Source: Podarcis bocagei
Lineage: Eukaryota
DNA length: 64,000 nt
NCBI GenBank assembly: GCA_964188305.1
Contig: OZ076894.1
Strand: one strand, 5' to 3'
Part shown: positions 61,978 to 64,000 of the stretch, piece after piece
Layout of the letters: each line of letters starts with the position of its first letter
Position numbering within the stretch: position 1 is the stretch's first letter
Made by a program: the position numbers and the translations under genes
Notes under the pieces: model-generated
What the model saw: the letters and a program-made list of their open reading frames with translations, nothing else
Database searches by the model: none
What the model was told of the DNA's origin: nothing

Positions 61978-62394
61978 GGAAGTGAGAGCTGGACCATAAA
62001 GAAGGCTGATCACCGAAGAATTGGTGCTTTTGAATTACGGTGCTGGAGGAGACTCTTGAGAGTCCCATGGACTGCAAGAAGATCAAACCGATCCATTCTG
62101 AAGGAAATCAGCCCTGAGTGCTCACTGGAAGCACAGATCCTGAAGCTGAAGCTCCAATACTTTGGCCACCTCATGAGAAGAGAAGACTCCCTGGAAAAGA
62201 CCCTGATGCTGGGAAAGAGGAAGGCACAAGGAGAAGGGGATGACAGAGGGTGAGATGGTTGGACAGTGTTCTCGAAGCTACCAGCATGAGTTTGACCAAA
62301 CTGCGGGAGGCAGTGGAAGACAGAAGTGCCTGGCATTCTCTGGTCCATGGGGTCACGAAGAGTTGGACAGGACTAAATTACTAAATAACAACAA
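61978..62394 (+). mobile_element. RTE-BovB LINE 3' fragment
   Basis: ESWTIKKADHRRIGAFELRCWRRLLRVPWTARRSN..LQYFGHLMRREDSLEKTLMLGK; ccatggggtcacgaagagttggac end with (CAA)n; TSD ACACATAT. Confidence 0.92.
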
Positions 62395-62978
62395 ACACAT
62401 ATAAAAACCACTCTGAAAATACATTGAATTTTCCATAAGGCTCATCACCGCCATCTAGTGTCACATTGCATATTGCACTTAAAACACACTTTAAACATTT
62501 TATTTGCAGCTGCATAGCTGAGTCCTTAGACTCAGTGTTCTCTGCATACAGAAACCAACAGAGGTGCCATCCTATCCTCAGCCGTCTGGATCTGCCCTGC
62601 CTCTGGTTAGCTTAGCATGGGTCTTTTTCTCTGCTTTTCGTTATTTAAAAAAAAAAAAAAGTGGACTAGCACAGCTTCACCTGCACAAGCAGAATCTGAA
62701 TGTGGTGTCATTTCTAAAAGGTCATCTAGGAGACAAACCTGGGATTATCAAGGGAGGCTCTTCTGTCAATGCCACCCTCACAGGCACATTTGGTGGGGAT
62801 GCGGGAAACGGCTGTCTTGGGAGCTGCTCCCAGGTTCTGGAACTCTCTCCCTGGAGAAGCTAGATTGGCTTCTTCTTTGTTGTCCTGGTGAAGACGTTCT
62901 TGCTGTGACAGGCTTAGGGGAACTGACTGCTTTCAATGAAAGGACTGGTGCCATGCTGGTGCCATTTTTATTTAATTA

Positions 62979-63183
62979 CAGTGGCCCCTCGGGTAATGTA
63001 ACTTTTGGGTTGTGAACGCAGCAAACCCAGAAGTGTATTCTTTTGGGTTTTGCTGCGCGCGCATGCGCAGAAATGCTCTATCATGTCACGGACGTGCACA
63101 GAAGCGGCACCTCTACTTGCTGAATTTTCGGGGTATGTACGGTCCCCTGGAATGAATGACATTTGTATCCAGAGGGTCCACTG
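62979..63183. mobile_element. Tc1/mariner-type MITE
   Basis: TA|cagtggcccctcggg ... ccagagggtccactg|TA. Confidence 0.8.
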
Positions 63184-64000
63184 TATTTGTATATTTTAAA
63201 CAAGATTTTATATATGCATATAGTTTTAATTATATCAATGTTTAATGGTTTTTAATTGTTTCTTCTGTGTTTTTAGCCATTCTTGTTTTTATATGTAAGC
63301 TACTTTGAGTTCCGCAGGGGAAAAAGCAGAGTATAAATAAATGTATCATCATCATCAAATTTATCCAATAGAATAATTATAACTCCCCACTTCTGCCACC
63401 AGGACTCTGTAAAGCAGCTGAGCTACTGATGCATTCACTGCCCGGCTACTTGTGAAGGAGGACTTTCACACAGACTTTTTAAAATATAAAATCTCAAAGT
63501 AATGTGGAAATGTGGAGATGTGGAGAACTGAACTTCCAGTTTGGAAAAATGAAAAATCAAGGGAAACTGAAATCAACAGATTCGCCCAACCCTACTCATA
63601 TAGTTTGGCAATATTGGGGTATCTGAAAATAGATGCTTGCTCTTTTGTCTTGATGTACAGGATACGCAGAAGTGTGTGTTTGTGTGTGTTTTTAATAAAG
63701 GACAGAACACAGAATATAAATGTTTGGGATGATTAATTTGGTGTCCTGCAAGTACTGTTGGACTACTATGGACTGATGAGAGTTCAGTAACAACCGTTGG
63801 AGGTTAGTTGCCTTCAAGGTAAATGGTAATATTCACAGGTTCCCCCTCCCCCCCAAAAACCCCCAAAGTAATTCTGATCATAGAAGATCTTTTGGCAGTT
63901 GCTTTAGTAAAAACGTGGATAATAATTCATTACCTTGAGAGGAATGTTGGCCAATGTAACCACCCTAAGAACGCTCAATTGGAAGTGCATCAGGAACAGA

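Overview
Vertebrate (squamate, probably lacertid lizard; inferred from Sauria SINE, BovB and tRNA-Lys/CR1-type SINE content) genomic DNA containing two convergent spliced genes in the same arrangement as human 4q24. On + are the last five coding exons of PPA2 (mitochondrial inorganic pyrophosphatase, 1946-8421). On - is the complete coding region of TET2 (9 coding exons, 45040-23419, 5901 nt, 1966 aa, catalytic residues intact) with a long miRNA-site-rich 3' UTR. The rest is introns and intergenic DNA full of SINEs, LINE fragments (L2, L1, CR1, BovB), Tc1/mariner- and hAT-type MITEs and one solo LTR. The most unusual object is a very young Penelope-like (Poseidon-type) retroelement in TET2 intron 3 (37828-40020). 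It is built as a head-to-head palindrome with two apparently identical 822-bp arms, each ending in a minimal hammerhead-ribozyme motif that overlaps the ORF stop codon, inserted into a (TA)n tract about 430 nt before the first catalytic-domain exon. The same intron also carries a candidate read-through stop plus polyA signal for a truncated TET2. No prokaryotic or CRISPR-type system is present. All coordinates were read by eye and repeat-family names rest on recalled hallmarks, not on a database search.
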